64,000 nt of DNA, taken from NCBI GenBank assembly GCA_037447605.1, contig CM074810.1:2886880-2950879 (forward strand). The letters are read 5' to 3'. The notes under the pieces were generated by a model that was given only the letters and a program-made list of their open reading frames with translations, ran no database searches and had not been told where the DNA came from. The position numbers and the translations under genes were made by a program. Shown here piece by piece: positions 1 through 11,858 of the stretch (position 1 is its first letter; each line of letters begins with the position of its first letter). This DNA comes from Zygnema circumcarinatum SAG 698-1b. Lineage: Eukaryota; Plantae; Zygnematophyceae.

Positions 1-3000
1 GGGAGGGAGTGGAGGGAGGAGGGAGGGAGGAGGAGGAGGGAGGAGGGAGGGAGGGAGGAGGGAGGAGGGAGGAGGGAGGGAGGGAGGGAGGGAGGGAGGG
101 AGGGAGGGGAGGGAGGGAGGGAGGGAGGGAGGAGGGAGGGAGGGAGGGAGGGAGGAGGGAGGAGGGAGGGAGGGAGGGGAGTGGGAGGGAGGGAGGGAGG
201 GAGGGAGGGAGGGAGGGAGGGAGGGAGGGAGGGAGGAGGATTTGAGGGAGGGAGGAGGGAGGAGGAGGCAGGGGGCGAGGCAGGGGAGGGGAGGGAGGAG
301 GATTTAAGGGAGGGAGGGAGGGAGGGTGGATTTGAGGGAGGGAGGGAGGGAGGGAGAGAGTGGGAGGGAGGGAGGAGAAAGGAGGGAGGGAGGGAGGGAG
401 GGAGGAGGATTTGAGGGAGGGAGGGAGGGAGGGAGGGAGGGAGGGAGGGAGGGAGGGAGGGAGGGAGGGAGGGAGGAGGGAGGATTTGAGGGAGGGAGGA
501 GGGAGGGAGGGAGGGAGGGAGGGAGGGAGGGAGGGAGGAGGGAGGGAGTGGAGGATTTGAGGGAGGGAGGGAGGGAGGGAGGATTTGAGGGAGGGAGGGA
601 GGGAGGGAGGGAGGCAGGGGGCGTGAGGCAGGGAGGGAGGGAGGGAGGATTTAAGGGAGGGAGGGAGGGAGGGTGGATTTGAGGGAGGGAGGGAGGGAGG
701 GAGGAGGGAGGGAGGGAGGGAGGGAGGGAGGAGGAGGGAGGGAGGGAGGGAGGGAGGGAGGGAGGGAGGGAGGAGGGAGGGAGGAGGAGGGAGGGAGGGA
801 GGGGATTTGAGGGAGGGAGGGAGGGAGGGAGGGAGGCAGGGGGCGTGAGGCAGGGTGGAGGAGGGAGGATTTAAGGAGGGAGGAGGAGGGGATTTGAGGG
901 AGGGAGGGAGGGAGGGAGAGAGGGAGGGAGGGAGGAGAAAGGAGGGAGGGAGGGAGGGAGGGAGGGAGGGAGGGTGATTTAAGGGAGGAGGGAGGGAGGG
1001 AGGGAGGGAGGATTTGAAGGGAGGGAGGGAGGGAGGGTGGATCGAGGGAGGGAGGGAGGGAGGGAGAGAGAGGAGGGAGGGAGGGAAGGAGGGAGGGAGG
1101 GAGAGAGGGAGGAGGGAGGGAGAAAGGGAGGGAGGGAGGGAGGGGGGGGCGGAGGCAGGGAGGGAGGAGGATTTGAGGAGGGAGGAGGGAGAGAGGGGAG
1201 GGAGGAGGGAGAAAGGGAGGGAGTGGAGGGAGGGGGCGTGAGGCAGGAGGAGGAGGATTTGTGAAGGGAGGAGGATTTGAGGGAGGGAGGAAGAGAGGGA
1301 GGGAGGGAGGGAGAAAGGGAGGAGGAGGGAGTTTTGGGAGGCAGGGTGCGTGAGGAGGATTTGAGGGAGGGAGGGAGAGAGGGAGGGAGGAGGGAGGGAG
1401 GGCAGTGGAGGCAGAGGGGAGGGAAGGAGGGAGGTGGGAGAGGGCGTGAGGCAGGAGGAGGAGGATTTGGAGGGGAGGGAGGGAGGAGAGAGGGAGGGTG
1501 CAGGAGGAGAGGCAGTGGAGGCAGGAGGTGAGGGGAAGGAGGAGTGGGAGAGGCGGTGCAAGGGGAGGCAGGGAGGATTTGAGGGAGGGAGGGAGGGAGA
1601 GAGGGAGGGAGGGAGGGAGGGGGCGTGAGGCAGGGAGGGAGGGAAGGAGGGAGGGAGAGGGCGTGAGGCAGGGAGGGAGGGAGGATTTGAGGGAGGGAGG
1701 GAGGGAGAGAGGGAGGGAGGGAGGGAGGGAGGGGGCGTGAGGCAGGAGGGAGGGAGGGAGGGAGGGAGAGGGCGTGAGGCAGGGAGGGAGGGAGGATTTG
1801 AGGGAGAGAGGGAGGGAGGGAGGGAGAAAGGGAGGGAGGGAGGGAGGGAAGGAGGGAGGGAGAGGGCGTGAGGCAGGAGGCAGGGAGGATTTGAGGAGGA
1901 AGGAGGAAAGAGAGGGGAGGGAGGGAGGAGGGGGCGTGAGGCAGGAGGAGGGAAGGAGGGAGGAGAGGCGGTGCAGGGAGGGAGGAGGATTTGAGGGAGG
2001 GAGGGAGGGAGAGAGGGAGGGAGGGAGGGAGGGAGGAGGGAGGGAGGGAGGAGGGAGGGAGGAGGGAGGGAGGGAGGAGGATTTGAGGGGAGGGAGGGAG
2101 TGGAGGGAGGCAGGGGCGGAGGCAGGGAGAGGGAGGGGAGGATTTAAGGGAGGGAGGGAGGGAGGGTGGATTTGAGGGAGGGAGGGAGGGAGGGAGAGAG
2201 GGAGGGAGGGAGGGAGAAAGGGAGGGAGGGAGGGAGGGAGGATTTAAGGGAGGGAGGGAGGGAGGGAGGGAGGATTTAAGGGAGGGAGGGAGGGAGGGTG
2301 GATTTGAGGGAGGGAGGAGGAGGGAGAGAGGGAGGGAGGGAGGGAGTGGAAAGGAGGGAGGGAGGGAGAGAGGGAGGGAGGGAGGGAGAAAGGAGGAGGG
2401 AGGAGAAGCGGAGGCAGGAGGAGGAGGATTTGAGGGAGGGAGGAGGGAGGGAGAGAGAGGGAGGGAGGGAGGGAGAAAGGGAGGAGGGAGGGAGGGGGCT
2501 GAGGCGGGAGGCAGTGGAGGGAGGATTTGTGAAGGAGGAGGATTTGAGGGAGGGAGGAAGAGAGGGAGGGAGGGAGGGAGAAAGGGAGGGAGGGAGGGAG
2601 CGTGAGGCAGGGAGGGAGGGAGGATTTGAGGGAGGGAGGGAGGGAGAGAGTGAGGGAGGGAGGGAGGTAGGGGGCGTGAGGCAGGGAGGGAGGGAAGGAG
2701 GGAGGGAGAGGGCGTGAGGCAGGAGGAGGGAGTGATTTGAGGGAGGAGGGAGGGAGAGAGGGAGGGAGGGAGGGAGGAGGGAGGGGGCGTGAGGCAGGGA
2801 GGGAGGGAAGGAGGGAGGAGGAGTGGCGCGAGGCAGGAGGCAGGAGGATTCTGAGGGAGGGAGGGAGTGGGGAGAGGGGAGGGAGGGAGGGAGGGGGCGG
2901 GAGGCAGGAGGTGGAAGGAGGGAGGGAAGGAGGGAGGGAGAGGGCGGAGGCAGGAGGAGGAGGATTTGAGGGAGGAGGGAGGGAGAGAGGGAGGGAGGGA

Positions 3001-3210
3001 GGAGGGAGGGAGGGCGTGAGGCAGGAGGAGGGAAGGAGGGAGGGAGAGGGCGTGAGGCAGGGAGGAGGGAGGATTTGAGGAGGAGGGAGGGAGAGAGGAG
3101 GAGGAAGGAGGGAGGGGGCGTGAGGCAGGGAGGGAGGGAAGGAGGGAGGGAGGGAGGGAGAGGGCGTGAGGCAGGGAGGGGCGTGCGGGAGAGCGGCGAG
3201 AAAGGAGGGG
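1..3210 (+). repeat. Purine-rich mosaic satellite ((GGGA)n with GGATTTGAG and GGGCGTGAGGCAG modules), within an ELM1 intron
   Basis: Almost only G and A on the + strand, with recurring short modules. It lies beyond the last visible ELM1 donor (exon end 3325), and the expected C-terminal ELM1 exons are not in the window. Confidence 0.9.
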
Positions 3211-3324
3211 AGAGAAAGAGGCGGTCTGTTAATGTGTTTCAGTTCACTATTTGGCCAGCAGTTTATTTTCCTTCCCCTCCCTCTGTTTCTTCCCTTTCTT
3301 CTTTTTTCCCTCTCTTGTGCATAC

Positions 3325-5890
3325 CTCGGCCGTCCCAAATATAAACACTCGGATGCGGGCCGAGCAGGGTGTTCACAAGCTCCTTCGTCTGGAAAAAACC
3401 CAAAAGCAAAAAAAAATTCAAAAAATGGACCAAACAATATCAAACCAATGCGTAGTACTACTGCGACAAGAAACGAAAAACTAAAGCGACTTAAATAGAA
3501 AAACGGAGGAAAGAGAGGGAATGGGGGGGAGGGGTGGAGGGGGGGGGGGAAGAAGAGAAGAAAACTTCTTTTTTAAACTGACCGAACGCGTGGTCCGGCG
3601 AGAAAAAGAAATTCGAATGCTGCCACCGTTGAAGGCGAGGACCTGCTTCAGCGCCATTATAAGCTGTCGAATTAAATCGTCGCCGTATCGGCAATACCCT
3701 GCAATATTAAAAAAGAGAAAGAAACGAAGTACATATATCAAATGAATAAAATCACATCACAATCACAATTAGAGAACAGGCATACATGGTATAAGTGGGG
3801 TATAAATGGAACAGAAATGGTATATATGGGGTACAAATGGGGTACAAATGGGGTACAAATGGAGTACAAATGGGGTACAAATGGGGTACAAATGGGGTAC
3901 AAATGGAGTACAAATGGGGTACAAATGGGGTACAAATGGGGTACAAATGGAGTACAAATGGGGTACAAATGGGGTACAAATGGGGCATAAAAATGGCCTC
4001 ACGTTGGGGCCCTCCTATGTTGACTGCTACGAAAGGTCTCGGGAGAAACGCCAACTGGTGGTGCCACGTGGCAGCTGCTGCTCGCAGGGCCACCGCGTCA
4101 GCGTGGTGGAGGGCGCCCACAGTCAACACCTGCACCAGTAAAGACAAAGTCAAAACTGGGAGCACCAGACAACGGCTGCACCAGAAAGGACAAAGTCAAG
4201 ACTGGGAAAACCAGACAACGGCTGCACCAGAAAGGACAAAGTCAAGACTGGGAAAACCAGACAACGCCTGTACCAGAAAGGACAAAGTCAAGACTGGGAA
4301 AACCAGACAACGCCTGTACCAGAAAGGACAAAGTCAAGACTGGGAAAACCAGACAACGGCTGCACCAGAAAGGACAAAGTCAAGACTGGGAAAACCAGAC
4401 AACGCCTGTACCAGAAAGGACAAAGTCAAGACTGGGAAAACCAGACAACGCCTGCACCAGAAAGGACGGTTGGAGCAGACCGCAGCATGGAACGCGGCCC
4501 CGCGGGGGAAGAGGGAGAGAGGTTCAAATGTTGATCTGAGAGGGGTGGGAGGGATCCACCGGGGAGGTTGATCTCACCACATTGGTTTCGGGCGGGGGTG
4601 GTCGGATCCACTTGAGTATGGTTTCGGGCACTTCTTCTTTTGCTGCTGGAGTGTATGCATGATAATCATGGGCCGGGGTAATAACCATATCAAACTCCTT
4701 TACAGAACACTGCGGATGTTGGATCTGGATCCACCAAAGAAAAATCAACCTCGCCAAATTTCAGATTTAGTTTCCATTTTGACCCAAAATCTACTCCCAA
4801 TCTGAACCGTAATCAACGCCATTTTTTGAACTCTTGCTCGCCTCGTCCTTTGTACTTTCTTTTGCTATTCGTGCTTGCTGACTCCCCTGCTTTGCTTGCA
4901 CACACATTGCACTCGCTTTGTTCGCGTATCTTCCTCTCTCTCCACCCTTCCTCTACATTTTACCTCACGCTCCACTCCCTTACTCTCCCTCTTCGCTCTC
5001 TGCCGTACACGCCCTCACACTCGTTCGCTCTCTCGCCCTCCCACTCCGACTACACTTCCTGTCACNNNNNNNNNNCTCCCCCTCCCTCTCTCCTCCCTCT
5101 CTCCCAATCTAAAGAGAGGTAGGTACCTGCACAACGAACGTAGAATCCGGCGCCAACTTCTTTATTGCCAGCGCAGTCGCCACCGTGTCCCTACCCGACG
5201 CCACCACAAGCAGGGGCCCCTCCCTGCCCCTCCACGCGCCGCGACAAAAATCTAGAACCACTATGATTCCAAAGACCTTCACAACGAAAAAATAGAAGAA
5301 AACAATAAACATATAGATGAAAGTAGAAAGAGTACCCGCTCAGCCCTTCGTTCGCTATTTCTGCTATTTTTTTCGCATTCGCTTCTGGAGCTGAGGCGGG
5401 AAGAGCCGCCATGGGGGGTCCAATATTGGGCGAGTCCTCGAGTTGGGGGGGAGGGGGGGGGACCAAACGGAGGAGCGCAAGGATCCTCAGTTGCGTTATG
5501 TCCCACGGAACGGCGGCCATAGCACGGCTCAGCCGCTGGTGCGCGGAGAGAGGCAGCCAGCGGAGGAACTCGTGGATGCCGCCACGTGGCCGGGTCACGC
5601 GCTGCCAAGGAGTGTGCCACGTGGGGTGAGATGTTGGGAGGGACGGAGGGCGGGAGGGAGGGAAGGAGGGAGGGAGGGAAGGGAGAGGGAGGGAGAGGGG
5701 AAAGAGAGGGGAGAGAGAGAGGGGATAAAGTGAAACATACAGTGAGAGAATACGCGAAGGAGAGACACGGCAAGAGAGAGGGACAGTCTGAGAACGAGAG
5801 ACAGACCACGCGAGACAGCGATGTGGAGGGCACAGAGAGACACAACGAGAAGGAGACCCAGAGACAGGGGAGAGAGAGTGAGAGGGGGGG

Positions 5891-5953
<63 letters not shown>

Positions 5954-6155
5954 GTACCTGCAGCAGGAAGGCGTTCCCCAGGCCCAGCGCCCTTAGCAGG
6001 CCCAGCGCCTGGTGCTCGGCCCCCGGCGCCCCGTTCCCTACTAGGAGCGCCCTCCGTACGGCGGTGGCGGCCCCGCGCGCGAAGATCTCCGGCACGCCCG
6101 CCAGGGCCGCCGCGGGGGGGGGCTCCGGCAGGACGATGCGCCGCAGGCCCGCCAT
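3325..6155 (-). CDS. ELM1: Mitochondrial fission protein ELM1, 3' part outside the window. Exons 6155-5958, 5601-5336, 5229-5127, 4724-4578, 4129-4003, 3698-3583, 3388-3325
   Basis: The spliced translation gives ELM1-family motifs: GNGAPGAEHQALGL, VVASGRDTV, IQHP...FDMVITPAHDY, VLTVGALH, VAVNIGGP, GSIRISFSRRT, VYIWDG. All junctions are GT-AG and in frame. Confidence 0.92.
3796..3985 (+). repeat. 11-bp tandem repeat (GGGGTACAAAT)n in an ELM1 intron
   Basis: Directly visible tandem array ending about 17 nt from the donor at 4002. Confidence 0.95.
4134..4467 (+). repeat. 46-bp tandem minisatellite, 7 copies plus a partial, abutting an ELM1 splice acceptor
   Basis: Unit ACCAGAAAGGACAAAGTCAAGACTGGGAAAACCAGACAACGGCTGC starts at 4134, 4180, 4226, 4272, 4318, 4364, 4410 and 4456 (partial). 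Confidence 0.95.
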
Positions 6156-7850
6156 GGGGGGGGAAGGGAGGGAGGGGAGGGAGGGGGTGAGGGAGGGGAG
6201 GAGGAGGGGGAAGGAAGGGAGGGGGGGAGGGAGGGGGAGAGGAAGGGGGAGGGGGGAAGGGTGGGGGGGAGGAAGGGGAGGGAAGGGGGGAGGGAGGGGG
6301 AAGGGAGGGAGGGAGGGGGAGGAGGAGGGGGGGAGGGGGAGGGAGGGGGAGGGGGAGGAAGGGAGGGAAGGGGGGAGGGGGGAGGGGAAGAAGGGAGGAG
6401 GGAGGGAGGAGGGAGGGGGGAGGGGGAGGGGAAGGAGGGAGGGAGGAAGGGGAGGAGGAGGGGGGGAGGGGGGAGGGGGAGGGAGGAGGGGAGGGAGGGA
6501 GGGGGAAGGGGGGAGGGAGGGAGGAAGGGAGGGAAGGGGGGAGGGGGGGGTGGGGAAGGGAAGGAGGGAGGGGAGGGGGAAGAGGAAGGATGGGAAAGGG
6601 GGAAGGGGAAGGGGGTTTGGGGATGGGGGATGAACGGAGGGGGGTAGGGGGGTGAGAGGGGGATGTTGTGAGAGGGGTACTGGGGTAGGAGGGGAATGGG
6701 GTAGAGAGGGAGGGGGGAGGGGGAGTTGGGGGGAGTGGGGAGGGGGGTGGGAGGAGGAGGGTAGGGGGTAGGCTTTAGGGTGCAGGATGCAGGGTTTAGG
6801 GAAGAGTTTAGGATGAAACTTTTCAGGGGCTAGAGTGGAGGATCAGAGCTCAGAGTGTAGGATCTACAGTTTGGGGTACAGATGTAGTGTTTAGGGGAAA
6901 AGATAGGGTTTCAGGCTAAGAGTTGAAGGTTTTGGACTCAGGTTTCAGTTTCAATATTTGAAGTTAAGCTACAGGGTATTGCCATTCAAAATAAAGATTA
7001 TAGAAGTGTTTAGGGTTAAGAAATTTTCTGGAGTTTCTGGCCGTTTCGGTCTCCTCGGGTTCAAAGATTTTGCTCGGAGATTTATTTCTATAGTTGGTTC
7101 CATGGGATTTCAGGGTTCGGGGCCAAGAAGGTGTATAGTATCAAGGATAGGGCTTTTGGAGATGCAGAAATTTAGGCTTTCCTGGATACAAATGATTTTC
7201 CGGTTTTACGGTTTCCATGTTCTGCAACGAGAGAGAGAGATGAGGGAGAGAGGGAGAGAGAGAGAGAGCGAGAGAGAAAGAGAGAGAAAGTGAGCGAGTG
7301 AGTGGGCGAGAGAGAGAGAGGGGACGAGAGAGAGTGAGGGGGCGAGAGAGAGAGAGATAGAGAGGTGCGGAGGATAGGTCGGGAGAGAGGAAGAACGAGA
7401 GCAAAGCACGGCTGCCTCCCGCACGTGCGAGGACGCTCAATGACGCAGCCACGTGGCCCTCACTCGCTGTCACGCTCAAAAGGAGGAGCCACAATCCTTC
7501 TCCGACCGCTTCTTTCCGCTCCCGGCCGGGAAACGACGTCAGGAAGTTACGGAAAGTACGCCCGGCGGCCTTTCCGCCCGCGGAGGTCGCCCGGCCGGAA
7601 AACGAGGTCAGGAAGTACGGAAACGAGGGTGACGTCAACATGACTGTCTGGAATGTGCGGCTATTCGATTATAGGGTCAAGAAGCACAGTGAAAAAATAA
7701 AATATCTACAGCGCAAATCGTTTCTAGCCAATCATGTGTCGTTTTGAGATCGTGCTGACTCGGCCTTGAGGACACGTGGAGATTGCCCTACGCACAGCCT
7801 CCGTATGCTGACGTCATAATCGGGAGGACCGCAAGCCCCGTGTCAAATCC

Positions 7851-7927
7851 AACGGCCAGGACGACTGCCATCCACGTGGCAAATCCAACGGCCATGAAGA
7901 CCACTAACCACGTGTCAAATCCAACGG
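7851..7927 (-). repeat. Three CACGTGKC-AAATCCAACGG composite boxes at 36-bp spacing
   Basis: AACGG cores at 7851, 7887 and 7923, each preceded by a G-box-like (C)ACGTG(G/T)C or CCGTGTC. Confidence 0.75.
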
Positions 7928-8544
7928 TGGGAGGGATTGATGACTGGATTCCATCAAGCATGAGGAATTGCAATGACGCGCGCGAGGATTCGTGTTTCAA
8001 ATATCGGGAAGACTTCTCCTAGCAACCCGGTATATCGCGATATCGGAAACGATATACGTTACTCGTTGTTATATCGCGATATATCGCTGCCCGTTTTAGC
8101 CGGTTGCGGTACGATACCAGGGCTGTATTTGGCTTTGCTTTGCCGTCTGATGGAGTTGCTCATCTTTTCTCTTCACCTTTGAAAAAAAAAAATTCAATTT
8201 TTTTTTCAATGCAAAGTCTTCTCTCATATTTAAAAATTGAGACTGAAAAATGTCTTTTCCCTCTGCCATTTTGGCCTATTTAATATCGGGAAGTAGTATC
8301 GGTATCGATAAGGTATATGGAATATATCGACAATGGTACTATAAAGCCAGGTACCGTATGTGCAGGTGCCGGTGATGGGATAAGCAAAAAGTAAAAGTAG
8401 AAAAGAAAAAAATGACACGAGAGGTTTAGTTTCGAACAAAACTTCATGCTTTACTCTAAATCGATCACTGCCAAAATTTGCCAAAAAAAAGTTATAAGCC
8501 AACCCAAAGATTCTTTTTCTTTTTGAATGGGCCGAACCATCCAA

Positions 8545-10760
8545 TCAGAGCGCAGCCTGCGCCCTCTCCAAGACCGCCAAAATTCGGTCCTTCACCTCCT
8601 GCGGCATCGCCGCCCTCGGCCCCTTCTCGCTGTAGAAGAGGGAGAGCTCCCTCAGGGCTGCTTCCAGGGCAATGTATGACTCCTGCAACACCAAACCATC
8701 CGAAAAATTAAAATGTGTTAATGGCATCTAACATGGTAATGGGTAATTGTCAATGGGTCGAAATGGATTAGATTTAGATTTAAATTTTGATTTATTCAGA
8801 TTTAGCACGTGCAATTTTTCACAGCTTCTCTGGAGTTTCGGTGAATAATGAAGATTCCAGATTTTGGATGCTAGAGCCATCTTCTTAGAAGGGGAAAAGG
8901 CTGAATAAAGGGAGGGAGGGATGGGGGAAGGTAGAGAGAGCGTGGAGAGAGAGAGAGAGAGAGTGAGGGAGAGAAGGGGGGAAGAGGGAGAAAGAGAGAG
9001 GGTGGGAAGAGAGAGAGAGAGAGACGGGGAGGGGAAGGAGAGGGAGAACGAGAGGCTGAAGAGCGAGAGGGAGAAAGAGGGGGGAAAGGGAAAAAGAGGG
9101 AAAACGAGAGGAAGGTGGAGGGAGAGAGCGGGGGAGGGGGAGAGGATGAGAAAGTGAGAGGGAGGAGGGAGAGAGAAGCGGGGGAGAAGGAGAGGAGGAG
9201 AACGTGAGAGGGGGGAGGGAGAGAGAGAGCGGGGGAGGGGGAGGAGAGGGAGAGAGAGTGCGGGGGAGGGCGAGAGGAGGAGAACGTGAGAGGGGGGAGG
9301 GAGAGAGAGAGCGGGGGAGGGGGAGAGGGGAGGGAGAGAGAGAGCGGGGGAGGGCGAGAGGAGGAGAAAGTGAGAGGGGGAAGGGAGAGAGAGTAAGAGA
9401 AAGAGAACGAAAAGAGGAAGAAAGAAAGAGCAAGAGGACGGGGAGAGGAAATAAGGATGAAGAGAATATCAAAACAAAGCTAACATCCAAGAAAAACCAA
9501 ACCAACACATAAAAACCCTAAAAAGCCTAAAAACCCAAAGCAAAGGAGAAGTTTCCTGGAAAGTACGTCACCTCAGCAACCACTGCAGGAGCCCCTTTCC
9601 ATGCTCCCAAATATTCCCGAATTGCGTTTTTTGCTGAATCCGCAGATTTCCGAAATTTGGAATCTTGAGTCGACTCCTCCGTGAGAGACTCTCTCAATTT
9701 TTCGACGACCGTCCTCGCGGCTTTTAAATATCCCTTAGGAAGCTTTATCCCGCCAGCTGTCACTTCAGATTGATCCACTACAGAGAGCAGGTTTTCTAAA
9801 AAGGAATTTCTTTTTTGGGCCACTTCTGCTCCCTCAGGTTCCGCCGCCATAGCAAGTAAATTTGTTGGAAGGTTCATAATGTGCCAGCTGGCGATAGAGA
9901 TAGGGAGAAGGGAGAGCTTGGAGAGGTGCTCTCTTCGTGTAGAGCTATTTCTATGAAATGGGGTTTCAGGAAAATTAGGGTTTGAGGGTCCTTTGGGGTT
10001 TTCGAAGCTTCTAACGTTTTGATGAATTTTTTTTGAATGTTGGGAGCATTGAGAACTTTCGTGGGTTTCTGTGGATTGCTCCAGTTCTGCATTCCGTTTT
10101 ACGGAGGCTTGTGCTGGAACTTGACCTGAAACTCAGACGGAAGATTACGAGAAGTGAATAAATATATAAAATATTGAAAGAGTGCTAATTATTTCCCAAA
10201 CATACAAAAAGCTTTTGTTTTAACATGAAATTTCTATCTTTTGGCTTCTACAGCTTAGTTTCAACATTTTTTTCTACTTTTTCATTTTAAATTTTAAATT
10301 AAAACTTAAAACTTACAAAGAGAGGTTGAAGAGATTCTAAAAGTGGCCTTTTGAGAATGGGAGGAACAGCTGCCGAAACGTGACGAGACGAGACGTGACG
10401 GTGATGTAATTGACGCGCTGCATCCTTGCCAGCTTTGCATACTGCCACTCGTTACATCACCCCCAACGACCCTACAAATAATTAACCGCTCATGACCCGC
10501 CCGCACTACCCGACATGATAACAAAATTCAGTGATAAAAAATAAGAAAATAAATTCATAGTTTCATAAACCCAAGCCCCAATAGCTCAACAGCCCAGAAA
10601 GACGAAATCATAGCTTCCCATTCCTTCAATTCCTTAGGCAAAACTACGAAACGCAATGGTTCCTGATCGTTTTCTTAGGCCCTTCGCAGGACTTCAAGCA
10701 TGGATAGTCCCGTCCTCCATGCCCTCCCTCCCTCCCTTCCTCACCGAGCGCTGCCGCCAT
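8545..10760 (-). CDS. PSB27-H2 (LPA19): Photosystem II assembly factor Psb27-H2 / LPA19. Exons 10760-10745, 10125-9572, 8682-8545
   Basis: Mature region GIKLPKGYLKAARTVVEKLRESL...FRKSADSAKNAIREYLGAWKG, then ESYIALEAALRELSLFYSEKGPRAAMPQEVKDRIL, matches the Psb27-H2 family. A twin-arginine-like STRREHL...LAMA lumen signal precedes it. The 16-nt first exon is inferred from splice phase and is less certain. Confidence 0.88.
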
Positions 10761-11631
10761 GGATGCAGCCCTCCGCCATGGACGCAGTTCGGAAAGTGAG
10801 AGCGAAGCTGCTGAAAGGCGCCTCTCGAGGGCGCTTTGAGACAAAGGTTCCGGGTTCGAGTCGTCAATTGGTGATGAGTTAAATAAATTAATAGTTAATT
10901 GTTCATTAAATTTTCTATTTTTTAGTACTGGGATGGGTGACCTCCCGGGAAGTCCCGGTGTCGCACCCAACTCTTCAATTTTATACTTTCTCAAATTATT
11001 TTTCTCGCAATTCGTCCTTGCATGGAACCTCATACGGATGTCAAACGGCAACAATAGCGCAATGGTTGATCGACCAATGGCTACCAACCGTTGGCAATGG
11101 TTGGGAGCATTACCTAGGGGCTCAAACGCACAGAAGAAGATTTTTTGTGGGAAGAACTTTTAAGCACTAGGCAGCTTAGCCGTTAATAGCCTCTCATGGC
11201 TAATGTGCGCCATTAACCAACGTATGAAAAGTTTAAATCAAAAAGTGAAAGCGAGTTAGCGAAAAATGGAATCGCATTGAGCTCACGATGGCAAAGCCAT
11301 CCAATGTACATGAACAAAAGCATCATGTGGAACCACGAGGGACTGGCCGCAAAGGACCTAAGCACAAAAGATAAAAGCTAAGAGCGGAAAACTATGAGTT
11401 AGCCATTCAACTCAAACCATTGGAATGGTTGGCATGGTCGCCAACTAATGGCTGCCAACTATTCCGGAGCCGCCAACCAATGGTCCCCAAGTATTTCAAT
11501 GGTTGATTCTGCGCCCAGGGGCTCTAAGAAAGCGAATGATACTAACCACTGTCTCTAAGCGAAAGAAACTAATAATGAACGTAAGATGCAAAAATGAAAA
11601 TTTCAAATAAAACGAAAGACATCAGCAAAAG

Positions 11632-11704
11632 TGGAGATGCGGGGTATCGATCCCCGTACCTCTCGCATGCTAAGCGAGCGCTCTACCATGTGAGCTACAT
11701 CCCC
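11632..11704 (-). tRNA. tRNA-Ala(AGC)
   Basis: GGGGATGTAGCTCACATGGTAGAGCGCTCGCTTAGCATGCGAGAGGTACGGGGATCGATACCCCGCATCTCCA folds as a 73-nt cloverleaf with anticodon AGC and is followed by a TTTT terminator. Confidence 0.97.
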
Positions 11705-11774
11705 ATGTGTGAATATATCTTGCGTTAAAATATTTATAATTTTTTTTTGTTGAGGACCTCCAGGCCAGAAAGCC

Positions 11775-11785
11775 CCCACGTGGCC
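11775..11785 (+). promoter_or_regulatory. G-box (CCACGTGG) about 75 nt upstream of the MPH2 ATG
   Basis: Sequence match at a proximal position. G-boxes are established light/ABA elements in plants, but this motif is frequent across the window, so function is unproven. Confidence 0.35.
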
Positions 11786-11858
11786 TCTCCTCGCCCCCTC
11801 CGCCATTGCCATCGCGTTCCCTTCCCACAGGGCCTCTCGCTCCCTCTCACACATCGCC

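Noticed and set aside
9-3443. Many G/R/E-rich and P/S/L-rich ORFs, including the 399-aa ORF at 2244-3443
   Set aside because: They are translations of GA/CT low-complexity DNA lacking stop codons. Only 3325-3388 is a real ELM1 exon, in a different frame.
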